NCBI RefSeq assembly: GCF_963921235.1
Contig: NC_086109.1
Span: 15,812,001 to 15,876,000, forward strand
Length of the DNA stretch: 64,000 nucleotides
Reading direction: 5' to 3'
Source: Mobula hypostoma
Taxonomy: Eukaryota
Below the pieces are notes generated by a model, which was given only the letters and a program-made list of their open reading frames with translations, was not told the origin of the DNA and made no database searches. The first letter of the stretch is position 1. Every line of letters begins with the position of its first letter. Both the position numbers and the translations under genes were made by a program. Positions 1 through 13,312 of this stretch are shown here, piece by piece.

Positions 1-754
1 TCTTGGAGTCTGTTGGTTCTGGTGTAGATGCAGCATAGCCTCCACCCTGATGGAGGTGAGACAGACAGTGCATAAGCAGGGTGTGTGGGATCCTTTATGC
101 TTTTACTGGCCTTTTTCTGGCACCTTTATGTATAACTTGGATTCAAGTTTGACTTGACTCTGTTTCTGTTACCTAGATGCTGCCTGACCTTCTATGAATT
201 TCCTGCCACTTTTGTTTTTGTTTCAGAATTCCAACTTCTGCACTTTTTAAAAACTTTTCTGGGTAAAAAAGAGCTGGGGTGGGGATTGTGAGGCAGATAT
301 TGTACTCTTAGTAAACTTCCACAAAATGCAGAGGACTGTGTTAAAGAACAGGTGATTGGTTTGTTAGTGACGTTTGTTGAATGCAGATATTGATCAGAAT
401 TCTGGGTAATCATCAGGGATTTCCACGTCAGTCTTGAAGGGCCATTGGGACTCAGCTTAACCAGTAACCCAAAAGATGGTGACTGTGAAAGTTTAATACC
501 GCTGGTATATAATGTGCATGAAGTTGTAGGGCAATGCCACTCACCATTACTGTGAACATGGCGGAATCTTAACCCAGTAGCTAGAGCCACATAGATTTGT
601 GACATACTCAGACCTACTTCACAATGCATTCATTTGATGGTGCTTTACTCTTTCCTGTTCATGATCCAGTTGTCCCGTGCCTTTCTCAGCATGTCTTGAA
701 TTTTCCCTTAACTCTCTTAAGGATCCATTAATCTCTCAGTGAAGAAACAAGTAA

Positions 755-850
755 CAACAATAACCTGCATCTATAAAAAACCTTCAATGCAGCAAAATAT
801 TCAAACGTACTTCACAGCAGCACTTTTAAAGCAAAATCTGACATTGATCC
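755..850 (-). mobile_element. Old L2-type LINE 3' tail fragment
   Basis: aacaacaataacctgcatctata...cttcacagcagc...aaaatctgaca resembles the antisense of a recalled chondrichthyan L2 3' end; degenerate. Confidence 0.4.
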
Positions 851-2344
851 CTTTCAGATTTGATCCAAGCTTGGGTCAGTGATTCCATTGAACGGTTACT
901 TTTATTTTTGCTACATGTATTGAGGTAGAGTGAAAATCATTGTTTTACACAGCATCCATACAAATCATTCCTAAACTAAGTATATTGAGGTAGTATGAAA
1001 GGAAAAACAAAAGCAGAATGCAGATGACAGTGCTAGCTTCTGAGTTACAAAGAAAGTTCAGTGGGGGTAAATAAAAATGTAGCCAGGTGACCATTGAATA
1101 TAATTTTTTATTGTTAAAGTGCACTTACGTGTTCACCCTAGTAATGGTAAAATTGCTGCCTGTGCCTTTAAGAGAAAATGGTGACATCATTAAGCACATG
1201 TGGATTAGAAAGAAGAGTTGCAAGGTTCTAGAAAGGACGTCGAATGCTAGTCGTATGGTGAGAAATGGTGAATAATATCTATGTAAATTTGTTTACACTT
1301 GTTGTAAATCTAGAATATCGGTAATTTGACATGTTTTACATGTGGATACTTTAGATTTTCACAAGTAAAATATAGCTGGATAGCATGGTTGTGTGAAGTT
1401 CCTCATCAGCCTAGTAGGTTAGTCTTTTTAGTGATTTAAACTTCAAGGCAAAATATTGTAAAATATACAAATGTTGTAAAAGTTGTCTTTCTTTATTGTT
1501 TCCTGACTGAATGTGAATGATACGGAGTAATGTCAATGTGTTAATCTCTGTTTACATAGTGTGAGTGAGGAGAACTCCTTTCAGGATCTAGCCTATACGT
1601 GTTTTGAAGGTAATCATGTGTGTGCCAAAGTGAGTACACCTTTTAGTTAAGACGAGATGTACTTATTCATATTTTTGATGTTGTGTATAAGGTACAGGAT
1701 TGGTGGGATTCTAATATTGTTTGTATTTTTTTCAGAATTGCCACTCCCGTATTGGTTTTGTATATTTTATTTTACTTATTTTCATACAGCATACGTAACA
1801 AGGGGGTGGACTGAAATTAAACTGAGTTTGTAACAGCAGGACCTGTGATTTTCTTTTAAATTCATTTTGTTGTTTTCATTTTGAAACCCTCCTTCTGCAT
1901 TAAAACATCTAAAAAAGATAAAGGAATTAAAGACTCAAAAAAATATTTGTTGTCCTGCGTGTCTATTTTTCTCCAGGCTACAAGAAATAAACTGCAAGAT
2001 TCATGAAGAGATGGATGGAGGGATCAAGAGGTTATACTAGAGGTCCATTCAACAATAAGACAAAAGTTTTCCTTTCACCTGGTGGTTCATGTTTTCAAAC
2101 TTTCTTGCCCAATGGTAGGAGTAGAGTGAATGACCAGGATGGGAACGATCTTTTATTATTTTGGCCACGTTCTCGGCAGTGTAGGTAGAGCTAATGGACT
2201 TGCTATTCCTTATGATATGAGCCACAATGCTGTGAGCTTCTAGTTGGAGTTAGAGCAGACTATGGCCGCACAGTCGTGAGTGCATAGGAAATGTCTTCTC
2301 AAAACTAATACAAGCCTGTATTAAGGTGATAGATATCAACACCA

Positions 2345-2627
2345 GGGCCCTGCGGTAGCATTGTGGTTAGTGCACTGCTCTTGTAGCTTGGGGTGCTCTG
2401 GAGTTCAGAGTGCAGTTCTGGCGCTATCCCCATGAAACACATAGGTTTCCTCCAGGTGCCCTGTTTTCCTCCCACAGTCTAAAGACGTACCGGTTAGTAG
2501 CTTAATTGTTCATTGCAAATTGCCTTGTGACTGGGCTAGTTTTAAATAGGTGGGTTGCTGGGCCATGCGTTTCGTTGGGCTGGATGGGCCTTTTCTGTGC
2601 TGTATCTCTAACTAAATGAATAAATAA
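2345..2627 (+). mobile_element. tRNA-derived V-SINE (HE1-like)
   Basis: A-box-like ggtagcattgtggttag, V-domain core ggtttcctccaggtgccctgttttcctcccacagtctaaagac, (taaa)n tail; similar copies elsewhere in window. Confidence 0.8.
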
Positions 2628-2658
2628 ACCCTGAATCTGATATCAGATCAATTTATCT

Positions 2659-3015
2659 TGTCACGAGGTGCACTGGTAATATTGACACACAAGTACGAAG
2701 GAAAGACAGACAGCGATGAGAGTTTAATCATGACAGTTCCAACAGAACATCGGTGGCTTGGCCAAGCCGCACCACGAGAAGTTACATTCTCAAAACTAGG
2801 ACCCCGCGATTAGCACTAATCAGGTGTCTGCTTAAATAATTCAAGCAACACTGAATCCCCAAGATTATCAAAAATGAGCTTAACAGAAAGCACCCAGAGA
2901 CCGCATTACAAAGAGCGAGTCGCTCGGGGAAATTACAAGGAATTCTAAATGATTACTGGCTCAAGTTAAACAACAATTAACCAATTCAGGTGCGCTAAAA
3001 ACCTTGGAGCCTGAT
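2659..3015 (-). mobile_element. Probable solo LTR (Gypsy-like)
   Basis: Starts TGTCACG, CpG-richer ~350-bp block, antisense polyA-like signal tttaat near 2724; right end degenerate and TSD not resolved. Confidence 0.45.
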
Positions 3016-3739
3016 GATCTCTGATGCTTCACACAGGCCCGAAGAGTTGGTTGGAGTGTACGTACACCAGTGACATTTAACAGGAATTAGAATTCTTTGG
3101 TAACTGAGCTGAATCCTACCCAGGCGTGTGCATTTGCTGTGAGGTGTTAAGGAGACGTTAGGCTCCATCCAACATTGATCCCTCTCAGAGGAGCAGTTTG
3201 CTGTTCACTACCAAACAGCAAAAACAGCTGCGTTCCTGTAGCAAATCCATACTTGAATTTACCACTGAAATAAGCTAAATAACCTGGAAGACATGTTTTC
3301 CTCAGGCCTGTCCAATTGTATTGATGAGAAATATCAATAAAATCATTCTTGCTGGTAAAGGAAAAATATCATATTACTTTAGCTGCTACCCTCCTGGGAA
3401 TTCATTCTGCTGGTTGCCAGCGATCAAGTTTTCCCAGGGCCTGCATGTCAAATGAAGTAGCTTGTTAACTTAGTTTCCCTTCCAGCCTCTTACCAGTTTT
3501 CTATGTTATCATAGCAAGCTCCCACCTTCGTTTCTCATTCTTAGTGTATGTAAGAGGACATGAGAATTGAGGAAATTGTGCAAATGGCAACAAAAGTCAG
3601 AACGAAAATGTAGAAGATGAAACATAAAATCAAAATATGCCTTTTGCACCTGGGGAGAGGAGGTGTTTGAAGTTTTTCTTTGAACGGGTTGGTTCTATGG
3701 CTTTGTTTTACTTCATGACTATCTGTGGGGAAGACAAAT

Positions 3740-4290
3740 TTACTTTATTGTTGCCAAACAATTGATACTGGAGTGTACAATCATCACAGCGATATTTGAT
3801 GCTGCGCTTCGCGCTCCCTGGAGTACAAATCGATAGTAAATATTAAGAATTTAAATTATAAATTATAAATAGAAAACAGAAAAGGGAAAGTAAGGTAGTG
3901 CAAAAAAACCGAGAGGCAGGTCTGGATATTTGAAGGGTACGGCCCAGATCTGGGTCAGGATCCGTTCAGCAGTCTTAACACAGTTGGAAAGAAGCTGTTC
4001 CCAAATCTGGCCATATGAGTCTTCAAGCTCCTGAGCCTTCTCCCGGAGGGAATAGGGATGAAAAGTGTATTGGCTGGATGGGTTGTGTCCTTGATTATCC
4101 TGGCAGCACTGCTCCGACAGCGTGCGGTGTAAAGTGAGTCCAAGGACGGAAGATTGGTTTGTGTGATGTGCTGGGCTGTGTTCACGATCTTCTGCAGCTT
4201 CTTCCCATCTTGGACAAGACAACTTCCATACCAGGTTGTGATGCACCCTGGAAGAATGCTTTCTACAGTGCATTTATAAAAATTAGTGAG
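3740..4290 (-). mobile_element. 5'-truncated Rex1/Babar LINE 3' end
   Basis: ORF 3955..4185 reads LPSLDSLYTARCRSSAARIIKDTTHPANTLF..PSGRRLRSLK...RFGNSFFP, the Rex1-type ORF2 C-terminus, followed by 3' UTR. Confidence 0.85.
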
Positions 4291-4476
4291 GGTTGTATAT
4301 TGTATGCATACTTTGATAATAAATATTTGAATCTTTGACTAAAGCTTCATCAAAGAGGACAGTATGAGAAAGAATGAGGGACAGGCAAACATGTGTGGGA
4401 ATGAAATTAAAGAGAGAGTTTAGCTTTAAAGAGATTGGCATTATTTATCACATGTATATTGAAATGGCGAAACATA

Positions 4477-4688
4477 TGTAGGGTAATGTAATTGATGGAA
4501 AGGTACATTATTTACAACCGTCAACATTGAGTTGGGGTTCACTTTAAGAGGCTGGTGTGACATGATGATATAATTATGTGAAGTTCGGTTACGGCGCTTT
4601 GTGTTCAGTGCTTGGAGTACAATAAATGAGTTGTTACGGTTTTCTTAAGCATAAAATGCCTCACGCCATTTTATTTGTGAAACCTACA
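4477..4688 (+). mobile_element. Solo LTR, 212 bp
   Basis: Termini TGTAGG...CCTACA, internal AATAAA at 4621, 4-bp TSD CATA (4473-4476 / 4689-4692); flanks rejoin as the host repeat gaaacatacag. Confidence 0.85.
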
Positions 4689-5144
4689 CATACAGTCATA
4701 TGCATTAATTTGTGTGAACGACCACCACAGTCTGAATATGTACAAGAGTTGTACCATCATATCATGCCCACGATTTACTAAACCTAACCTATATGCCTTT
4801 TGCAGTGAGGGAGGAAATGGAAGCACCCAAAGGAAATCCACTTGGTCACAGGGACAGTGTGCAAACTCATTACAGACAGCAGCAGGAATTGAACCCCGAT
4901 CGCTGATTGCTGGTGCTGCAAAGCATTACACTAACCACTACACTACTGTGCCACACATCTGTGCTAAGAGCCAGCATAGATGTGATGGGTTGAATGGTCT
5001 TTGTCTAGATGATAAAGAAATTTGAGGAAATATGAAACGACCAGAGCCCAGATGTTATGGACTGGCAGCAGAGGTGCAATGAGCAGTGAAGGAGCCATTA
5101 TAATTGGAGATGCAAAGGAGGCCAGAATTGGGGAAGATCAAGAT

Positions 5145-5590
5145 AGAACATAAACGTAGAATACTACAGCCCATGATATTGTGCTGACCTTTTAACCTAC
5201 TCCAACATCAACCTAACTTTTCCCTCCTACATAGCCCTTCATTTTTCTATCATCTATATGCTAATCTGAGTTTCTTAAATGTCCCCAAAGTATCTGCCTC
5301 TTCGACCACCTCTGGCACGGCGTTCCACGCACCCACCACTCTCTATGTAAACAATTTACCTCTGACATCTCCTTTATACTTACCTGCAATTGCTTTAAAA
5401 TTATATCCCCCTCATATTAGCCATTTCTTCCCTGGGGAAAAAATCTCTGGCTATCCACTCTATCTATGCCTCTTAACATCTTGTACACCTCTACCAAGTC
5501 ACCTTTCATCTTCTTTCGCTCCAAAGGGAAAAGCCCGAGCTCGCTCAACCTATCCTCAGAAGATACGCTCTCTATGGAGGAAGCATCCTG
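5145..5590 (-). mobile_element. CR1 LINE 3' fragment
   Basis: Antisense of CR1 ORF2 end and 3' UTR (ttccacgcacccaccactctc, tacacctctaccaagtcacct, tagaacat tail). Confidence 0.75.
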
Positions 5591-5711
5591 ATTAGACCCA
5601 TGTTCTGTTTATCCTAAAAGGGTTAGGATTGAACAGGGGGAACTTCTTGCAAATGTATACCGTTAGCAACAGCGCGTGGGTGATGCAAAAGCATAGTGAT
5701 TAGTGCAATTG

Positions 5712-5995
5712 TTTATTTATTTGTTTTGAGATACAGCATGGAGTAAGCCCTCCTAAGCCTTCAAGCCAAGCCACCAGCAACTCACCAGCTTAACCCGAGC
5801 CTATTCACAGGACAATTTACAATGACCAATTAATCTATTAACCAGTACGTCTTTGGACTGTGGGAGGAGGCTGGAGCACCCAGATATTCCACCGGGAGGA
5901 CGTACAAACTCCGTTACAGAGGACACTGGGATTGAACTTTGAACTCTGACATCCCACGACGTAAAAGCATCATGCTAACTGCTATGCTACCCCAG
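5712..5995 (-). mobile_element. V-SINE
   Basis: Antisense V-core gtctttggactgtgggagg...gagcacc and (ttta)n tail. Confidence 0.75.
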
Positions 5996-6272
5996 TGCCT
6001 TTGCAGCTCCAGTGATCGCCAGTCAGGGTTCGAAGGGGTTTGTATATTCTCCCTCTGACCACATGGGTTTTCCAAGTGCTCTGCTTTCCTCCCGCCTTTC
6101 AAAGACATGCAGTTGGGGTTAGGAATAGTAAATCGTGAGCATGCTATGTTGGCACTTGAAGTATGGCAACATTTGTGGCTGCCTCCAGCACAATTCTTGC
6201 TGATTTGATTTGATGTAAATGACACATTTCACTGTATGCTTCGATATATATGAGACAAATAAAGCTAATCTT
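5996..6272 (+). mobile_element. V-SINE with Rex1-like tail
   Basis: gggttttccaagtgctctgctttcctcccgcc...aaagac core; tail tttcactgtatgcttcgat...gacaaataaagctaatct. Confidence 0.7.
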
Positions 6273-6757
6273 AATAAGTGACGAGCTATCAAAATTCTGA
6301 TTGTCGTGAAGCTAATAAACTGCTAGTGAAATCTTGGGACTAAGTCAGGTTGTTGCTAATGTTATTCTGCTTCAATATTAACGGCAAATAACAACTGACC
6401 ACAGCAGAACTGCAATAGTTCTCAATTAGGTAACAAAGAAACAGAATGCTGGAAGAGCTCAGTGCTAGAAGCGTCTGAGCTTCAGCTCAGGACCCTGCAT
6501 CAGGATTTAAAGATTTGAAGATTTTCGTTATTTGTCACATGGCATCCAAACATGTGGTCGTCAATGACCGACACAGTCCGAATACCTGCTGGGGGCAGCC
6601 CAAAAATGTCGTCATGCTTCTAGTGCTATGATAGCATGCCCACAAATTACTAACCCTAACCTGTATGTCTTTGGAATGTGGGAGGAAACCAGATCACACA
6701 GAGGAAATCACCTGCCTACAGGAAGAAAGTGTAAATTCCTGAGACAGCGGTGGGAGG

Positions 6758-9370
6758 TCAAAGTTCAAAGTAACGTTTATTATCAAAGTACAAAGATGTT
6801 ACCGTATACAACCCTGAGATTAATTTTCTTGCGGGTATATTCAATAACTCCAGTAACAATAATAGCATCAATGAAAGCCCGCCCCAGCATGGCATTCAAC
6901 CAATGTGTCAAAGACAACAAACTGTGCAAATACAAAAAGAAAGAAAAAAAAGAGATAATAATAATAGCATAAATAAATAAATAAGCAATAAATATAAAAC
7001 CATAAGACATAGGAGCAGAATTAGGCCATTCCACCCATCAAGTCTGCTCCGTCATTCCATCATGTCTGACCCTGGATCCCTCTCAACCCCATACACCTGC
7101 CTTCTCGCCATATCCTTTGATGTGCTTACCGAACAGGAAATTATCAACTTCTGCCTTAAATATACCCACAGACTTGACCTCCACCAAAGTCTGGCAGAGC
7201 CTTCCACAGATTTACTACCCTCTGGCTAAAACATTCCTCCTTACCTCTGTTCTAAAGGGTCACCTCTCAAATTTGAGGCTGTGCCCTCTTGTTCTGGATA
7301 CTTACACTATAGGAAACATTCCCTCCACATCCACCCTATCTAGGCCTTTCAGCATTTAGTAGGTTTCAATGAGATCCCCCCGCATCCAGTGAGTACAAGC
7401 CTAAAGCTGCCAAACACTCCTCATATGTTAATCCCTTCATTCCTGGAAACATCCTCGTGAACCTTCTCTGGACTCTCTCCAATGACAACATATCCTTTGT
7501 GAGATATGAGGCCCAAATCTGTTAACAATACTCCAAGTGCGATATAAGAACATGCGATGAAAAGTCCTTGAAAATTAGTTCATACGTTGTGGGAACAGTT
7601 CAGTGATGGGGCAAGTGAAGTTGAGTGAAGTTATCCCTTTTGGTTCAAGAGTCTGGTGGCTGAGGGGCAATAACTGTTCCTGAACTTGGTGGTGTGAGTC
7701 CTGTGGCTCCTGTGCCTTATTTCTGATGGCAGCAGGGAGAAGAGAGCATGACATAAGTGGTGGTGGTCCCTGATGATGGATGCTACTTTCCTGCGACAAT
7801 GCTTCGTGTGGATGTGTTGAATAGTGGGGAGGGGTTTTACCTGTGATGGACTGGACCACATCCACTACATTTTGTAGGATTTTCCATTCAAGGGCACCGA
7901 TGTTTTCATACCAGGCTGTGATGCAACCGGTCAATATACTCTCCACCTCACCGCTGTAGCGGTTTGTCAAAATTTTAGATATCATGCCGAATCTTCGTAA
8001 ACTCCTAAGGAAGTAAAGACGCTGCCATACTTTCTTCATAATTGCACGTATGTTTTTGGTCCACGACAGATCCTCTGAAATGATAGCACCAAGGAATTTA
8101 AAGTTGCTGACTTTCTCCACCTCCGATCCTCTGATGAGGATTGGTTCATGGACTTTCAGTTCCCTCCACCTAAAGTCAATAATCATCTCCTTGGGCTTGC
8201 TGACATTGAGTGAGAGTTGTTGTTATGGCACCACTCAGCCAGATTTTCAGTCTTCTTCCTATATGCTGAACCTATGACAACCTATCAGCAAACTTGAATA
8301 TGGCACTGGAGTTGTGCTTAGCCACACAGTCGGAACTGTAAAGTGAGTAGAGCAGGGGACTAAGCACACAGCCTTGTGGTGCACCTGTGCTGATGGAGAT
8401 TGTGAGGAGAAGTTGCTGCCAATCTGAACTGATTGGGGCTTGCAAGTGAGCAAATTGAAGATCCAATTGTACAAGGAGGTATTGAGGCCAAGGTCTTGAA
8501 GCTTATTGATTATTTTTGAGGGGATGGTGACATTGAATCTGAACTGTGGTCAATAAATGTCATCCTAATGTATCCAGCTTTGGTGTCCCGATGTTGCAGA
8601 TTTGAGTGAAGAGCCAATGAAATGGCAGCTGCTGAGGACCTGTTGCTCTGGTAAGCAAACTGGAGTGGATCTAAGTCACTTCTCAGGTAGGGGTTTATAT
8701 GTTTCATCACCAACCTCTCAAAACATTTCATCACCGTGGATGTAAGTGATACTGGATCATAGTCATTGATGCAGGTTGTCGCATTCTTCTTGGGCCCCGG
8801 TATAAGTGAAGCTTGTTTGAAGTAGGTGGTACCTCAGACTGCCAAAGCCAGAGGTTAAAGATCTCAGTGAGCATTCCAGACAGCGGATCAGCACAGGTGT
8901 TTAGTAATCGATCAGGTACTCCATCTGGGCTGGATGTTTTCCATGGGTTCAGCTTCCTAAAGGATGCTTACGTGTCGGCCTCAGAGACTGAAATCACAGG
9001 ACTGTGGGAGTTCATGATGATTCCTTCATATTCTGATGGTCAAAGTGAGCATAGAAGGCATTGAGCTCACCTGGATGTGAAGCCATGTTGTTACCTGTGT
9101 CGCTTGGTTTCCCTTTGTAAGAGGTGACAGCCTTCAAACCCTGCCACAGCTATCTGGCATCTTTCATTGACTCAAGTTTTATTCAGAATTCCCACTCTGC
9201 CCGTGATATTGCTTTCCGGAGATCATACCTGGACCTTTTGTAACTTTCTTGGTCGGCAGACTTGAATGCCTCTAATTTGGCCCTCAGCAGTTTGTGGGTC
9301 TCATGGTTTACCCAGGACTTCTGGCTGTGGAAGACGCTGAATGATTTTGTGGGGGACTCTCTCATCTACG
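6758..9370 (-). pseudogene. Decayed Rex1/Babar LINE (RT domain to 3' UTR), interrupted by CR1 at ~6999-7541
   Basis: Frameshifted ORFs with [63 protein letters not shown]. Confidence 0.9.
6999..7541 (-). mobile_element. CR1 LINE 3' fragment nested in Rex1 3' UTR
   Basis: accataagacataggagcagaattaggccatt tail; host sequence aataaatata...agaacatg resumes at ~7542. Confidence 0.8.
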
Positions 9371-9704
9371 ATGCTTTGAACCCCAATAACTGATCGCTGC
9401 TGCTGTAGTAACATAATGCTCACTGCTCCCTTGCCATACCAGCCAAGGAAGAGGAAAGATTGCTAGTATAAAGCAGCCCAAGGGAGGGTTAGGACCAGGT
9501 TGTCTGTGATGACCTCATTACCACCTTGAAGAGCAAATGGACTATATCCCTCCATTCCCTGCCTGTTTTGATCTCTCTTATGATTTTACCTCTGTCAATG
9601 ATTGAAATTTACTCTTAAGGCTGGTAGGAATATTTGTGCCTGAATTCAGCAGAGCATGACAGAATAAATAACTTGGGCACTTTCACCATCATGGAATAAC
9701 CATG

Positions 9705-10370
9705 AAAACACCAAACAATCTGCCGGAGGAACTCATTGGGTCGGGCAGCATTTGTGGTCAGGAAAGGAATTGTCCATGTTTTGGGTCAGGGATGAGAGTG
9801 GGGAAGAGAGATGTGCAATGCAAAAAGGAGAGGAATATTGGAGGGACAGGAATCTGAGAAGACTGGTGGACCCACGAGGGGTGAAGGCTGATGGGCTGGT
9901 CAGGTCAGATAGGGAAGAGGAAGGGTGGAGCTGGAGGCCGAGGCACACCTAACACTCTCCCCTCCTTTAATAGTTCTATTATCATCTCCTTTACTTAACA
10001 AATTTCAGCACTGGAAGCCTTTGTGTTCCTTCTTATCTCCCTCCAGCAGCTGTCTCCAACCTTCACCCTCCCCTCCTCTCCATGCTTCCTGTTTACTTCT
10101 CGGCCTCCACCTCCCTCTTTTCAGTCCATCTTTCCCCTCCACTGCTCGCCATCAACCTCCACCCCTCCTCAGTCTATCAACCCCCTCAGTCTCCTGTCAC
10201 ACCGGTCCCCTCCTTTATAATCTTCCACTCCCAGTCCCGATGCACGTTTTCAAACTGAAACATCAACGTTTTCGTCCCCCCCCCCACCACAGCCACATCT
10301 CCGCCCACTGAGCTCCTCCAGCAGATTGTTTGTCGCTCCAAGTTGCAGCGTCAGCAGTTTGCTACGTCTC
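9705..10370. mobile_element. Penelope-like element remnant, inverted pair of terminal repeats
   Basis: Left arm aaacaatctgccggaggaactc is the reverse complement of right arm gagctcctccagcagattgttt; purine-rich then pyrimidine-rich interior; decayed hammerhead motif near 10232-10268. Confidence 0.65.
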
Positions 10371-11994
10371 AATATTTATATAAAGATTTTGCCTCGGGAC
10401 GGAATTGTGCATTAAAGCAAAGTTCCACTTGGACATCTTTTATGCTTTTAATTTTTAACGTGCCCTTGAATAGCTGAGTGTTTCTCCACAGCGAGCAAGG
10501 ACAGAAAAGCAGAGAAGAACATTAAAAAGCCACTTTATAAAATGGGTCATCCCCAGAACAGTCACCCAAGCAGTTCACAAGACAAAGTCAAAGTCGATTT
10601 TATTGTCAGCTGCACAGAGTAACATCAAATCTACTTGCAGCAGCTTCACGAGCAAATAGCACTATATTGTGTAAGTAGTGTTCACAAGACAACATAAATT
10701 CGACATGAATTACAAAATGTTTTCCAAGAAAGAACACGATTTTTAAAAAGTTCATTGTAGTGCTGAGTGATAAAAATGGCCATAAGAGTGATGAGGATTT
10801 TGCCAGGTGGTTCAACAACCAAATGGCTGTTCTTGATCATGGTGGTGTGGGACTTCGGCTTCTATCCCTCCTGCCCAAAGGTGGCAGTGAGAAGACGCCA
10901 TGGTGGGGATTTTTGTAGGCTTCATTAGATACTTCCCGATGGGGAAGGATGTGTATGTGACGTACTGGGCAAAGTCCACTACTCTCTGCAGTGGCTGTGA
11001 ACCGAGTTTCCACATGGCAACCCCATTCCACTGATCTCCCAAATGCTCAGCTGTGTGTACCCCTGTGCATAAGTTGGGTGTTTGTAAGCTGGGAAGACAT
11101 TGTGATCAAGAAAATACTTTTGTGAATAATATTGCACAGGAAAACTGAAAACAGGGACTAACAACCAGTGCCATAGAACGGTGGAACCATGAAGAAGAAA
11201 GAAGTTCAGCTAACTTGAAAGAGTTATCTAACCAGCCCATGTCTTCTGCTCATCTCGCATAGCCTTGCAAACTTTCTGCCTTCTGGTATTTTTCTGATTC
11301 CCACTTGAACCCATATGCATCATCCTTTCAGATAAGGCACACGTGCAAGATTCATTGCTTTCCTGAACACAACACCTCACTCTTCCCTTTAGTCCTTTTG
11401 TCGATTATCTTCAATCTCAGCCCCTTGGCCAAAAATACAGTAGTTATTGCTGAACTGGTTACTGGATCTTTAATCATGCAGTTATTTCTATAATTAATTC
11501 CATATCCTTGCAATATTGGACTGTGTCGCTATTGATGATGTCACCTGGATCCCTGAAGTTACCTTTTCTCATTTGAATGAAGTATTTAAACTGCTTTAAA
11601 GTACAGGTCTAGTTGCAATCAGACTGCTCAAGCTGAGCCATAACATTTAGTCTCCAGAGAGGTCATAAAATAATCCTGTAACAAAGCAGATCGTATAAAG
11701 AATGTCTTTGGTTGAATTGTCTGCAACACTGCTTTTCAGAGCATTGATGTGACCATAAATTACTTTGAATAGGAGGATCTGGGACGTTTTCTTCTACAAA
11801 TGAAAAGTTAGGTCACTCTTTACATCTGGGTTGCAGAGGGTTGGATACTCCTTTGTGAACCCACACAAAACTCGGTTAGAGCCCACTTCTAGAGAGCGTA
11901 GAAATATATGCACAAGCCATGGAGTTCTGGTCCAATGGCAAATTGGGGCGGAGGGAGCATCGTAGTGTAGGGGACAGCACAGCAGCATGGGGGG

Positions 11995-12190
11995 TGGTGA
12001 AACGGTAGTGTACTGGTTCGCATAATGCCATCACAGCATCAGCGACCGGGGTTCAGTTCCTGCCCCAGTCTGTAAGGATTTTGTACGTATGGCCCATGAC
12101 CATGCCAGTTTCCTCCAGGTGCCCGGGTTTCCTCCCAGTTGCCAAAGACGTATGAGTTAGTAGCTTATTAGTCACATGGGTATAATTGGG
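11995..12190 (+). mobile_element. V-SINE fragment
   Basis: tRNA-like head with gggttcagttcc B box and V-core tttcctccaggtgcccgggtttcctccc. Confidence 0.7.
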
Positions 12191-12489
12191 CTTCTCAAAG
12201 TCCATCAGTTGTGTGAAGTGGAAATGGATAATTCCAACCAAGAGGGTTCTCTTGAAACTGTATAGGCCAATCCCCTGTACAGAGGATGCAATGGATTGCA
12301 GAAGCGTTGATGAACTCCAACCTTATCATCAACTTCAGAGGAAAAAGGAGATGGGAGTTTATCAATGGCCGGGTAAGTAAGTAGGGCAGTGTAGGCTTGT
12401 AGCACAGGAGAGCCTGCTACAATGCTGAATCTCTAAATAAAAATATAAAAAATAATACCCACAGCGGATGTAGTAAGAACTGAGACATT

Positions 12490-12810
12490 CACTACCATTT
12501 GAGTAGCCATAGCTACATAAGATAGCCTCAAAATTCGGGGGAGTAAGTTTAGGAGGGAGATGAGGAGGATCTGCTTTTCCCAAAGACTGGTGAATCTGTG
12601 GAACTCTCTGCCCAATGAAACAGTGGAGGCTACCTCAGTAAATGTATTTAAGACAAGGTTGGATAGATTTTTGCATAGTAGGGGAATTAAGAATTATGGG
12701 GAAAAGGCAGGCAGGTGCAGATAAGTCCATGCAGATCTTACTGAATGGTGGAGCAGGCTCAACGGGCCAGATGGACTGGTCCTGCTCCTACTTCTTATGT
12801 TCTTATGTTC
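12490..12810 (+). mobile_element. CR1 LINE 3' end
   Basis: gtgaatctgtggaactctctgccc...tcctgctcctacttcttatgttcttatgttc tail. Confidence 0.8.
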
Positions 12811-12990
12811 ATTGCCCAGTTGATAAGTGCCATAGATTTCTGGTCTAGATACTCATTGTGCTTCCAAAATGTACTACAATTGACATTAATGGATGCTTTG
12901 CACACGCGTTTCACATATGGGATTTGCTGAGTGAATTCCCCATTCTCATACATAAGCATAATACTGTAAACGTGGTTAATTTTGTACAAG

Positions 12991-13312
12991 GGGGGCACAG
13001 TAGCATAACGGATAGTGCAATTGCTTTATAGTGCCTCCGATCATCGATTGGATTTTGATTCCTGCCACTGCCTGTAAGGAGTTTGAACATCCTTCCCATG
13101 ACTGTGAATGCTCAGAGTGCTCCAGTTACCTCCACCATTCCATAGACATGAAGTTAGGGTTGGCGAGTTGCGGCCGGGCTATGTAAGTACCAGAAGTGTG
13201 TTGACACTCCATGGGCTGTCCCAGCACATTTTTGTATTTTGTTGGCTGTTGACGCAAAATGACGCCTTTCACTGTACATTTCGATGTTTTGAAGCAAGTG
13301 TGGCAAATACAA
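12991..13312 (+). mobile_element. V-SINE whose tail is split by an LTR
   Basis: ggcacagtagcataacggatag head, V-core; tail caaata...aaagctaat resumes at 13962. Confidence 0.7.

Noticed and set aside
192..629. 145-aa minus-strand ORF
   Set aside because: No recognisable domain, and its C-terminal part runs into a Penelope-type repeat fragment
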